64,000 nt of DNA, taken from contig NW_002060946.1 of the NCBI RefSeq assembly GCF_000150275.1, forward strand, positions 987,562 to 1,051,561. The letters run 5' to 3'. The DNA comes from Trichoplax adhaerens. Its lineage: Eukaryota > Animalia > Placozoa. Each line of letters starts with the position of its first letter. The stretch's first letter is position 1. Below are positions 16,793-30,199 of this stretch, piece after piece. A program made the translations under genes and the position numbers. The notes below the pieces were generated by a model. It was not told the origin of the DNA, searched no databases, and saw only the letters and a program-made list of their open reading frames with translations.

Positions 16793-19700
16793 GTAATTAT
16801 ACTATTAGCTAATGTATATTTATATCTTAAAATAATAAGAAATGCCTACGAAATGTAGGAAATGAAAAAAGTTATCGATCTCAGATAAAAAAAATCTCTT
16901 AATTATGTTATTTCATCGTTTTACCGTTTGTTAACGTTAACTTTCATTGCAGTTAGACTATGAAATAACCTGTAACAAGCCATACTACAACCAGGCTTTG
17001 TATAATACACACTTCATCTTAAATGTCAATGTAAAATATGATATACGTACATAAACAGAAAGAATTGTCAATAAAAGGATTAAAAATAACAGACTAAGAG
17101 CGTTGATCGATTGTTGGATGTTTTCTGAAATTGATAGATTCTTAGACATTTAGCAAACTGCTATTATATTCGGTATGCTTATACGATTGAGTACACTAAC
17201 GCTTTGTTATCATTGCTATAGAGCGTACAACTTTACACGTATACTGTACTAATAATAGCGACGGTGAAATAAATTTCTATCAAGTTTCATTTGTCTTATA
17301 AATCGTATTGCTATAGAGTCTATTTAAGGTTCATACTTCATGATATCCACACATTCCTACAAGATCACTACTTTTTATTTCAATCATAGATTTTATTCAA
17401 TCTAGCTCAAGCTCGTATTGAGTAATGGATAGTCCATACGTATTTACATTTAATCATGATGAATATACTATAGTTGTTCATGAAGAATAAACATTTATCT
17501 ACACTCAGTAAGGGAAGAAAATTTTTATCAATTTAATTTATGCAATTTCAATTTTTTTGTCTCGTTGAAAAATTAAGTAAGACGTCAACATCGCCAGTTG
17601 GTAAATATAAATAGTATGCATCTGAAATAATCGTCAAGACTCAACAATGATTCACGTCGCTATGGTTGTCTGTATTTAACTTCTTGGAGGTGTTATTCAA
17701 ATACGCTGTTACAGTTAATGAGCTTCATCTTCTAATAAATGTTTAATTATTACGATCATAGTATACTGGTACAGTATATCCTGGAATAGATCCACTCTAC
17801 TACTAAAGGTTAAATTAAAATAAAATAATAGGAAATCTAATATATCATTTCGTTAACTAAAACATGATTGTTGATCAGTGAAGTTATTATTACGTCAGTA
17901 AACTATTAAATATACTTGTTGGCGCTCCTGACAACACAGACATAGTAGTAAACAATAAAAAAATTATTGATTTCTTTCTATTCCCTCATCTACTTAAAAA
18001 AATTAAAATTAACATCAGTTTATGCTATCATTTAATCTTTTATATGTTCATTTACAAGCTGATAAAATGCAATTATAGTTTCATTTATAATTAAATGAGA
18101 AAGTAGATATGATAGAATGGATAAAATTTTTTTATTTCATTAATAGATCCAAAAATAATATGAAATTCAATTAATAAATTATTTCAAGTTCTTACCGCTA
18201 ATAGAATATAATACTTCTATTGTAAGTTGTTTATATTCAATAATTAGATAATTACCGTACCTTAATCGTAGTCATGAATGAGGAAGAGAAAATTATTCAA
18301 AGACTCAGCAGTAATGTCGTGATAATTTCAATTGTCTATGTCAACGCCAGTATGTAATTTAATTAGGGTCATAAAATTGGTCGTGTGATCCAGCTATTAA
18401 TGGAATTAATTAAATTTCACTAATGATGTTAATTTAGGGTCACCTTCTATCCTATTATAATTTCAACAATTCATCGGATTATAATCCATTAATTGATAAC
18501 CAAGCTACTATTATTATGGGTTATTTCTAGTCATAAAATTAAAACAATTAAAAATCATAGCTTGATTATTCGCTTAACGTATTGAGACTTGTATGCAAGA
18601 CAACAACGTTAATAATAATTAACTGTGAAACCCAAAGATGAATTGATTAATAATCTTAACGTAGAAATTAGTCAGTGACTATATCTATTTTATGAATTAT
18701 TAATTGTATATCGATGTAGAGTTACTAGAGTACATGAAGTATGTAGTAATAAACAGGAAGGATTGCATTGTGCAATATAAAGCGACTCTGTTCTATGTTA
18801 CTACCACATTCAAATAGAAAATAGAGTTAATTATAGTATGGAAGAAAAATTTATTTTCCCTTCCAGGTTAAACATAGGTTAAATTATGTAATTTGTAAAA
18901 TGACTATTCTTGTAATCTTTGCTTAGATACTACAGTGCCAGCTAAACTACGCGTATGCATAAGCAAACGTTAGTATTACATTGTCTTTACAGAATCATTG
19001 CTATACGGAATAGTTCACGTTATTCGCCAACTGTAAATTATAACAGCTATGTAAAATATATTATTTGATTAACAGATTGAAAATTAACTCTAGCTAAATG
19101 AAAAATGACTAGTGCAATTGAATCTATTACTCAATTATATGTCCTATTCTCGTTATTGATACAAAAGGATGTTTACTAACTATTTTGTCATTACATACTG
19201 AAAGAATCTAACGAGAAAATTGATCAAGTTGTTGTTGTCAGGTAATTGATTGCAATCGAACAAAAAAACTTAATGTCCATGAAGGATAATTTGCATCTTT
19301 TGTTATTTGATTTCATCGTGACCTACATGAAGGCGATTAATAAGTAATGAATAAATAGTATAGTTGTCGGTTCGTCTAAATAATTCGTCCACCCGTATGT
19401 CGTTATTATATTTTTCCAAGTTAATTAGAAATTTTTTGGATATTAAATAACTTTTATATGGCATAAATGAGTGAGATAATTTAGTTTAGCAAGTTTAGTT
19501 TGACCTCATTTTGAATATACTGAAATAACGCATGAAACCGCCGATGTTGACATTGTCATATTATCGCAGTCCTGCAAATTATGCGCGGCTAAGTGCCAAA
19601 TAATTACTTACTAATTTTGATAAGAGGTTATTTTTAACACCTCTCTTGATCGACTCCCATTTGGAAATTTTATCAAAATGATTTCTTTAAAATAAGACCG

Positions 19701-22700
19701 ATTTGATATGTATATATATACTGATCGAATAATTTTGACATTTAAAAGCATTTAACCGTAATGAAAAAATTAGATTAACAAAACTATCAACATAATTATT
19801 ATTATCCATCATCCTGTTTATACAATTTATTCCTATATTGTTATTATGCCAAGGCTTAATTTGGAATTTAGAAAATTAAAGCAACCGACTTAGTTATCCG
19901 TGAATGAGTCATTGTTGGTCGTTAATTAAATTTAAATTGGCCTTGAGGATAGAGGCATATTTTTTTCTCCTTTTTTTATTTCTATGACATCCAATTTTTT
20001 TAATCAATTTATCAAATTAGTCTTGGCTATTATCTATAGCTGATAAGCTTTCCGATCATAAACAAACACATAATATGTTCATTTGTAATCTTGATCCTGT
20101 CGACAAGAATAGCTAAAAATTGGTAGGAATATTAATTTGTTGTTTAACTTAATGTTGTTTAGCATGATTAATTAATTACTGATCGCGATTGAGTATACAA
20201 AGATAGACCCTATAAAGGTATACATGACGCTAATTATCTTTGTTGAATTAATCGCTTTATCTTATCCTTTACCGGCTAACATTGTCTATTCACACTGAAA
20301 TGTAGACCGTTACTAACAAAATAATTACTAGCATATTAGTAAGATAATATAATATTATTAATGACATTTTATTTTGCATTTGCCAGCAGTATTTTCGTAT
20401 ATCTAGATGTCTTCACTTAGCTAGCATTATAAATATGGGTAGACGAAAAAAAGTCTTATGAATAGAATCAATCATATACGCTGATTCAGTATTTATTAAA
20501 GCAATATTAATAAATTAGTTATCTTAAGCTTTAACTTTTTTCCTAGTCTAACTTATGCTACATTTTTGTGAGTCTTACCTTTTATAGAATATGCTCTTTG
20601 TATTGTTATCCAAATTCTATAGATTGGATATCAAAACAAACTTCTGCGTCCTGTTACTGCGCTAATGTATCTTTGCAGTATTGGCTGATCTCTATATTAG
20701 TGACATTAACATATAAGAAATATTGATGATAGCATATATAGCAGTAGCGGTACTGAAAGTATTAGTTTATTTAATTTTGATCCTATTAACAGATTACTTA
20801 GTTGACTTTTTGGCTGCTTTCTCGTATTCTACTTCATTAAAATTTTATCAATCGCACTTTCGTGACTTGTTCATTGCTGATCCAATTAGTTTATTATCAT
20901 TTATATTTTATGCATACTTGTAGGTTCGTCTTTCAACGCCTTATTTTAACTGTCGTATCTATTACAATGGTTAATTATCGACTAATTAAAAGTAAGAATC
21001 AACTACGTGGTTATTGTAATGCTAGCCATGTTATACAAAAGGCTCGCTGTAGATTGTATCAACAAATAAATAAATATAATAGTTGTATTCACCATAATTA
21101 AATTGATTCAGTTATTATTTGTAAACTGTATTAATTTGTTTTAAATGTCACAGTTATTTTTTAATTAAATTTCAACAATAAGCATATGAATTTTATTTTT
21201 ATCCTGCAGATGTTGCTTGATTAATGATCATGGAATAGCTTATACAAGTTGCAATGAATTCATTGACTGTCGTCGACCTTTTACAATCATTGCTATCATC
21301 TTTACTCGTGTTAATTTACAAAGAGAGTGTATTTATATGACATTGATTTTTTTTTAGTACCTAGATGAAAGATGAAGATCATATTGATAGCTGTAGCAAT
21401 AGCGTAGTTATCTATTTAGAAAACTAGTATATATGTTATATGTAGTATCAATAATATAAGCAATGATCACACAAAATCCCTTATATTTGGATATTCATTT
21501 ATCCATTGGATAAAATAGCAGTCAAAGAATTCATTATATCTTCAGAATAAAAAATTAAAGGAACGTTTATCGTGTATTATTTTGGTTATGGTGGGCCTAT
21601 ATATATTTTGATATCTTAAAGATAAGTTAATTAAATTGAAATAAGAATCGATCGATAGTAATCGATTACCAGTATTCGATAGAATACGATAGTAAGGATA
21701 ATTAATGACTATCATTCATTAATAATGTTCGCATATTCCATTGATTATTAATTCAATATGTATTATATAGTTATTTTCAATCTAACGAGCGGATTAATTA
21801 GAATGTTACAACAAGATGATACGGATCAAAAAAGAATTCCGTCAATAGATATAACATAAAATATCAACTAGAATAATAATTAAATAATAACTGCTTTATT
21901 AAATGTGAAGAATTGAATAAGAAGAGTAATTAGATTGTGAAATAGAAATAGATATAGGAAGAAAGCCATAAGTGTAAACTAGGTCAAAGTATTGTGTATC
22001 ATGGAAAGCATCGGAGAAGATGTGCAAAGATAGCAATAGAAATAGTGACCTTTTCAATTCAATTGTCATTTTTGAGGCTTTTTATAGTGCCTCGTATTTA
22101 ACGGGTCACGAAATAAAATGAACTAAATATTTCTCTATTTATATACTGCACAAGAAAGGTTATGGAAATATGACTGTGAGCTTATGTTATAAAACGAATA
22201 TAAAAAACTTGATAAGACTCGGACAAATCATTTCAATTTCGTATTATTCGATAATGGGTAATTTACTACTTTCTCATTAGATTGTCTCGAATTGATTGAT
22301 ACTGATGACTGAATAGCGTGAGTTAAAGTCCCAACTTGAATGGAGTGCTCTCTGTAGTAGTTGGCATTAAAATATTCCACGCAAGTAGTTGTATCAACAC
22401 AATACAATTCTGTCAATTAATTTATTTTAAGAATCAAATGGCAGCTGCAAACAGTAGAGTAATATAAATGCTAGACATATTGAGTTACTTGATGTATTGA
22501 ATTGCAATTTTATGTCGTCTGGCAGGATAAAAGCACTATGATCTCGTTAATATCGACTATATCCGTATTGCTTGTTTTATTTTTGACGCAGTCTTCGACT
22601 TGCTATTACTTTTAGCCCTAAAGAATACTCTTCCTTTTATGTTCTTATTTTCAATTTTTTTTACCCCTCCTTATGAAGATTTTGATTATTCTAATCACCG

Positions 22701-24746
22701 TTATCATAATTATTATAAAAAGATAATAATACCTATGAGGTTTTCCTATTTATACATCTATCCTCGGTGTAGATACAATCTATAATAGTTGAGTATTTGA
22801 CCACTATAGACTGCTGCTCTAACCATCAATGATCTACTCTTTCTCCTCAAGAGGGAAATGAAAATTATCATTATCATCTTATTTTATTATTGCCCAGATT
22901 AAAGAAGACTATTAATTTTTATTTTTTTTTTTAATTAATAAGCGTCATTTTATTTTATCTAAATGTTGTTGTTGTCGTTGAATATAACAGACGATTTAAA
23001 AAAGGATGAAAAGTTTAATAGACAAGGGCGACGAGCACGACATCTCTAGTAAATGTTGGAAAAAATGATTACAATAATATTCCTGTAAAATGATTAAATA
23101 GAGGAGTAGAAGAGAAAATGATGAGTAAGGATTGGTAGGACGACATAGTAACATGTCAGGTAACAGGAAAGGGAGTGGAGGTGAAATGGCGACAATGACT
23201 GGACATAGTCACGACAATAACATAGTCGGGCAAGAATCTTAACGAATTAGAAATAATAATTATTAATATGTCAACAATGATGGCGCCAATACGTATTGCT
23301 AATAGAGCTGTTTAATTGCAGTTAAGTAATGTTTATTATTCATGAAGACAATATCATTCTAATGTTGAACTTTTGCTTAACAATCAACTCTTTTTAATTG
23401 CTAATGCAATTTGTTAGACGCCTAATTGCTTAATATTATAGCAGGTTATTTTATTACTTCCTATACAAACAATCCAATCAAACGCGTAGTTGGCTATTGG
23501 TACAACAGGGTGCCTTCATTCTATACTTACGAGTCTGCATACTTGTATGTATACGGCATCTATCTAAAAATGCCTTATTTGTATAGGTAGATCTCATCTG
23601 CTAATTAAAAAGTGCACAAGATCAGCCAACTCAATTAGTCGCATTTATTTAATGACTTCAACTTAATTAACTGCTTTAATCTTTTGATAGCTATTCAGTT
23701 GAATTTACAACTAACTAACTAACATTATTTCAGTAATATCAATCCAATTAGTTGATCAAATTGGATTATAGTAATCATCTTTGATTCTGAATATACTGAG
23801 TTAAACTTTTTTTAAGGAAATTCATTTAATTTAATCTTCACCGCCCTTCCTAATCGATGTATCTTTAAAGTTTTTATCAAATAATTCAGTTTTAATGTTA
23901 CTTCATTATTAATAACTCATTGTTTAATTGGAATTTATTACTTTTTTTGGAAAACGTCTTCAAATTCAATGACTATAAAAAAGTATCTTCGAGATTGATT
24001 GTAAGCCACTTTTAAGAATTGGATTTATTCATTAGAATTCTCCTTGAAGATCACGAGTGAAAGAGAGAGAAGGAGTAAAAGAGAGAGAAAGAGGCAGAAC
24101 GAACGACAGAGTGATTGAAAGAGAGAGACACGAGATTGGAACAGATAGAGAAAATATCCATCATTGAATTGAAATACGAGTATATCCAGTATTCCGAGAT
24201 TGGAGTTAGAATAATTTAAGATAAACAGCTAATTCTTGATAAAATCGATTCAATCAAGGACCAAAGTTGTGTTAATCAGAGCTAAGGTTCATCAAGTCAA
24301 TAGCATCCTATTATCGAGATAACAGATTTTCAAACTTCAAGCTGGCATTGGTAAATTGTTGAAATTATTAAACTCGTTAATCTATTAGTTGATGCAAATT
24401 AAGCATTATATTGGTGTTACTCTTGTGAATCTACGATCAACTTTATTTGAAAAAAGATTGACTTGCTGAAGACTGGTAACTTCCACCTAGTGTTTACCCT
24501 AATTATAGTCAATAAATTAGCTTGCTATCCGCAATCCAGAAGTGTTGAATCCAGGCTATAGTAGTCGCTTTTTGTTGACCAAATTGTCCTACTTATTGGC
24601 TAAAGAAATTGAAGTCTAACGATCGTGCAAATTGAATTGCAACTCTTTGGCTTGGATCGTATCTAAAGTCTACAAGTTGAATTTAATTTTTTATTCAAAA
24701 GGTAGAAGACAAGATCTTGTCATTGATCTGCTATTACATATTGACT

Positions 24747-24765
24747 ATGACCGCTAATGAAAGTG
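24747..24765 (+). CDS. Candidate 19-nt first coding exon of the Arx-like gene (MTANES-)
   Basis: ACT ATG ACC GCT AAT GAA AGT G|GTAAGT: A at -3, consensus donor, phase 1. It joins in frame to the acceptor at 30188 (G+AT CGA ACA ACT ATG). Confidence 0.4.
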
Positions 24766-26159
24766 GTAAGTCGTGTTGGAAATGTTTGCAGAATGCTTTT
24801 AGCCGTGTTGAATTTCATATCTTTAATACCCCTCAATAGGCCTGGTGGTTTAAGATTTTTCCTTTTTTATAACCTTTTTTTTTTATTATTTAATTTCTTG
24901 CATTCTCCAATTTTGTTAACTTAACTCAATAAGAATACGCTGCTATTGCTAGTTGATCGTGACTTTGGGGTTAGCTGATGACGAGCATTATTTAACACCA
25001 TCAACTAAATACTAGCAGACGCTACTCTCTCTAGCGGCTAAAATGATGTCATGGTAGTATAATAACATTGATTATTGTATACCGATGGGGATGATCCTTT
25101 GATCAATATATTATATTATTCTATTCATATCCACGTTCGCAACGTAAACTATTTTGAAAAAGGTACAATAATCATCATTTACAATATCCAAATACACATA
25201 ATATGATTCATTTTCTGATGGGTTGTACGTATATTGTTGATGAAGCCATGATATTGCATGGTTGATAGTGATACTTTTTACTCCATCAACACCATTGGCT
25301 TCTTGGTGAATTACTTTCCAAAATAGCCCTAGTCACATGTTGGATAGTAATACAGTATTGGAAGAGGATTAAGAGCGTACAACATTCCTATCCTACATGG
25401 ATCTATTTGAATTTGTTATTGCCCAAGATATCCTATCATACTTGTAAAGTTATGCATGGTTTTGTCCATTCTTTTCTTTCCGTTGCTAGTGAAGTTTTCC
25501 TTTTGACCCTTTTGAAATGAATGGGGGTGAAAATTGGCTGAGTGGGGGGGGGGGGGGGAAGACATTATAAATTGAAAATATCCCTAAGAAAGAATGAAAT
25601 TAGTCTGATATGTTGTTAGGTGATAAAATACGTAGAACGTAATAAGGTTGGATTTGCTTTCTTGATCATGAGATGGATACGTTAGGGGCAGCCAGCCATT
25701 CATTCTTAAAGGCAATTATTTCAAAGTCATACTACAACTTGGAAATTTTGAACTTCCATTCATATTAACACATCGACATGATTTCCGTTGGTAGGCAATA
25801 ACTTCCTCAGAATCATTCCTACTTACTATCCTCGACCATTTTGCTAGCCGGCATTTGGACGCGCTTTACTCACCACAAAGAGATTGAGGAAGAGTAGTCA
25901 GACTACAATACAGTCAAGGCGTGTGACATCTGTGACATCACAGTAACAAGTGTAGAATGACGATGGTTGACTTTCACGCGATTCAATCAGATGACAGTCA
26001 TACAGTCTCCTTCCCTTTGATGCCTGTTGTTGTTATTTTCCTACAGCATTATTTCCCTTCACGCATATTTCACTCACTTGATGGTCCGGAACATGGGACC
26101 ATGGCAATGGCCAGACAGCAGCCCGCTCGACGGTCTTAACAATCAAAGCCTAACATGGA

Positions 26160-26438
26160 CGCAATCGTCGATGTTAGGCTGATAGTAATTTGACGAGAAT
26201 GGCCAATCGGCTCGATTGCAATTTGTAGTCGGGCAAGATAGATTAAAGTCAATGGATTCTAGCATCTAAGAGAAGATGATATCATTTCTTTCGCAATCGT
26301 CGATGCTAGGCCGATAGTAATTTGACCAGAATGGCCAATCGACTCGATAGCAATCGGAGACGATTGCAATTTATAGTCGGGCAAGATAGATTAAAGTCAA
26401 TGGATTCTAGCATCTAGGAGAAGATGATATCATTTCTT
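26160..26438. repeat. Recent two-copy tandem duplication (~131 and ~147 bp)
   Basis: CGCAATCGTCGATG...GAAGATGATATCATTTCTT at 26160-26290 and 26292-26438, with few substitutions and a ~16-nt insertion in copy 2. Confidence 0.93.
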
Positions 26439-29400
26439 GTTCAGTATCCGTTCAATTTATCTTCATTTGATACGTTTCACGGGGGGGGGGGGGAAATTGA
26501 AATTGCCATGGCAGACAGCCTCCAACAATGCTCTACTTTGCGTTATGAGTACAATTATGAACCGTCCAAGAAAAGAGGATATAGGGACTAGATAGCGATT
26601 GCAGCTAATGAAAGTTTTTTACTGTTGGCAGACTCGCATGGCGTTCTATTCTGCGGTAGTATGGATAAAAGTTAAGGGTTAAGGTCGTCTACAATGAGAC
26701 GATAGCATTTTTCCTTCACCATCAGTTCAATTTGTATCGATTACATCGCCATCCAAGCGAATTCAATGAAGACTTCAGTACCACAGCAGGATCCCCCTCG
26801 TCAATAGACCCCATCATTTTAAATGCATCCTTTCCTTTCACGAAATGAATACAAATTAATTGATTGCATTGATTGCAATCATGGTAGATTTAATCCATTT
26901 CTACCGGCAGGAACAGTTCACTAGCCACGCTAGATTTGGAATAGGGAGGGTACTTTTTTTTGTCTGTGCAAGAGCTCAAATACCCGTTCATAGCGATCAA
27001 ATAGATTGATTTTCTCTGATCGAATTAGATTAATCCGTAGGAAATTTGTATTGAAAAAATAAATGTAATTTTTGAGTTGAAGAAAAAAAAATAAACTGTC
27101 TTGTTTTTTTTAAAGAAAGAGTTACTTCAATTTAACTCCGTAAAATGGATACGGTAGCGCAATCATTTATATACCCTATTCTACGGTAGATACTGGTAGA
27201 GAAAGATTCCATGAGACATCATCTAGTTAAAATAGCAATGGCTCAAGAATAAACAAATAGTAGATAAAAACGATACTTTTACACTGTAGCGTCGTCAAGA
27301 AAGAAAGAGAGATAAAATCATGAATCGTTTTTTTTAAACTTCTTTTCATCCACCTTGCATTCACTCTGTATTACGTAGTGCTTGTGACCAATGTAGACAT
27401 AAATATTAAACACCATAGCTAATTATTGACTCAACGCCTAGTCAGTGTTGCTTACGCCAACATTGGCCAGTTTTAATATTATGCAAGAATATTAAAATTC
27501 TCTCCGACAAAGTCATCGCTCGATTGGACCAACACCCGCCGCCGTTAGTTTACACAATACACCAACCACTTAACATAGTTACAATAGTCAGACAGTATTA
27601 GGATAAGATATTAGTGTAAGCTTACATTCAACGACAACAACAGAAAAAATGGATAAAAAAGAAGACTTCAGCTTAGATTTCTTGACTGTCTGGACCGCAG
27701 TTAAAACAACAGCACATTAATCAAAAGGTCATTTTTTATGTGAATCGTGGTCAGATAATATTGGCAAAAGGGTATACGGACTATCTTTTACCCTGATCGT
27801 TTAGTAGAATTTCATTTGCATAATCATATATTATTTTTAATAAGCTACTTAGTAACGCGTAGTCAATTAATTAATATTGTAGTAGTGTAATTACCTTAAT
27901 TGTTCGTTTTGTCATCGTTTTATACACTACTTTATGAATCCTTTTCTAATTCTTTACTCAGGTAGGGGTACAGTCATTCAGTTGTTCTCTTCCTTTTTTT
28001 TTGCCGTGACACGGTTTTTGCTATAGTCACGGCCGACTAGTTCAACCTAATTTCAGCGTAAACTGTTTTGAAATGTTCGATGATGGAATTATCTTACAAC
28101 GACTTATTTTAATTAATGAATAGAACGACGGCCTAAGCTAGTTGTATAGATGATACGTACTGTATAAGATCTGAAAATCATTCAAATCATTAGTGTAAAA
28201 GAGCTCATCTAAAAATAATCATATCGGAATAGTAAAATAGGTGAGATAAATCAACCCATTTACTTGAAGTATGCTATTCACTTATTTTCAAGTCCAGTTT
28301 TTCTCATTTTGATCACGTCTAGAAGTCAGCAGGGTTAAAAATCAATTTTACAGTAAAATGTACGGGTAATGTCACGGCCGAATTATCGTACGTATACCAT
28401 GATCTAAAATGAAAACTGCCATAGCAAAGTTATACGTATAACAGAACATTAATAACCAATACACACAGTCAATTTTAACTTCGATTAAATAAAATAATGA
28501 CATACTTTTTCTAAATGACCGAGTTTTCGCGCAGTTTACGCTTTCTATTCATTGTGTCATTTTAAAAATTAATGACTATATCTGTTGGTGCATGATGATA
28601 GAGGATACCGTAGTCTATTTAGTAAGAAAAGATTTCCACCTAAATCGCTCAGATATTTCCTGAAGTTGTGGAGACGACAATCAACCTTTCGTTTTTAACT
28701 ATATATTCTACAAATTGTATTAGACCGATACTGCACTCAGGTAAAACTCCCTCAAGAGTAATATTTTCGATCAAGCCCCCTATATCGTGTACCTTTTTTT
28801 CTGGTAATCATGGGCAAACTACCGTATAAGTAACCATATGAATATTGTATACAAGTAGATCTAAGATGGAGATGCAGTTTTTTAAATACTGTATCAACCC
28901 GGTATATTTCGATCGCTAACAACTACATCCCAAGTTTCGCAACGTAACTTAACGATAGCAATTTAATTATATTATTTTAATTATTGCTTATTGATTCATT
29001 ATCATCTATTTTAATTTTGTTTCATCTGAATAGTTTAATCTGTGATATTAGCTGAATGCCACGGTAGATTGAATATAGATTGTTTAGATTAAATAGTAAC
29101 TGTAAAAATGATCATCAACCTAATTTTACTACTCTACTGTACAACATTCATGATACATTCGGTAAACACTCTTAAAAAAACTACAGTAAATTCTCTTTAC
29201 ACAAAAATTAGCAAATAGCCTATTTGCTTATTTAGGGTAACGATAGAATACAGACATTGATAGAAAATTGAAGGAATTGGCATATCGACGGCATGTTGTT
29301 TTTCCTTTTAATTTATGATTGACTATGAAAACAAGATTGATTAATAGTTTATCTAATCGACATTAATCTGCTTACAGTTGTTTTCATCATCTATATAGAT

Positions 29401-30199
29401 AAAAATAATCCATTATTTGACATATTAATAGCCAATTTTCATTACTTTAGGATGATATTACCTATCGTTTAAATGGTTTTACTTTATGTTCTCTATTGTC
29501 TATTAATATTATTGGGTAAAAGATAATAACAACAATAATAAGAAGAATAATAACCGAATTGACGTACTTACAGCTACGGAAGAAAAAAAAGAGATTGAAC
29601 AGTTTTAATATAAATCCATTGACAAATAAGACAATAGTCGATTTTATTCAAGCATAAATTGTTAATTTATTTGGATTACAACAGTTTCTAAATTTGTGTT
29701 AATTGACGTTGTTGTGTAAATTTGAAAACAATTAAACGAACGATGTTATCTCAATTGACGTTAGATAATATCGTGGCAATTAGGGAGATTCAAGGTTTTT
29801 AATTAGGAATTATGCCGGTTAATTCTATCCTTATAGCTCCTCTCATATATAAGCGATTGACACTTAATTTCTCTTAGTAATTATGATAGTTAGTCATCCT
29901 CTGAAACTTTTCTGATCAGCCCCTTACCTGCAATATAGCACGATACGGTAACTTTTTCCCCTACAGAAAGATTCAATCTGGTTAGCATAATTAAATTCAT
30001 TTGATAAAAGATTTTCCTGAGAAGTTAGGAATGCAATTTTAGTCATAGGGACTGCACGTATTAAATTATAGTAATTTTCAGGTTGCTTTGTACTTAAATC
30101 ATAATTAATAATTATAATCCTGCGATTAAATTGAATAATTTTTTACTGTAATCATTTATGTCTGGATCTGTTTGCTTTCATCTATTAGATCGAACAACT

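Noticed and set aside
30158-30188. ORF-track start [10 protein letters not shown] for the homeobox gene
   Set aside because: It coincides with a pyrimidine tract and AG acceptor at 30187-30188, so it is most likely intronic.
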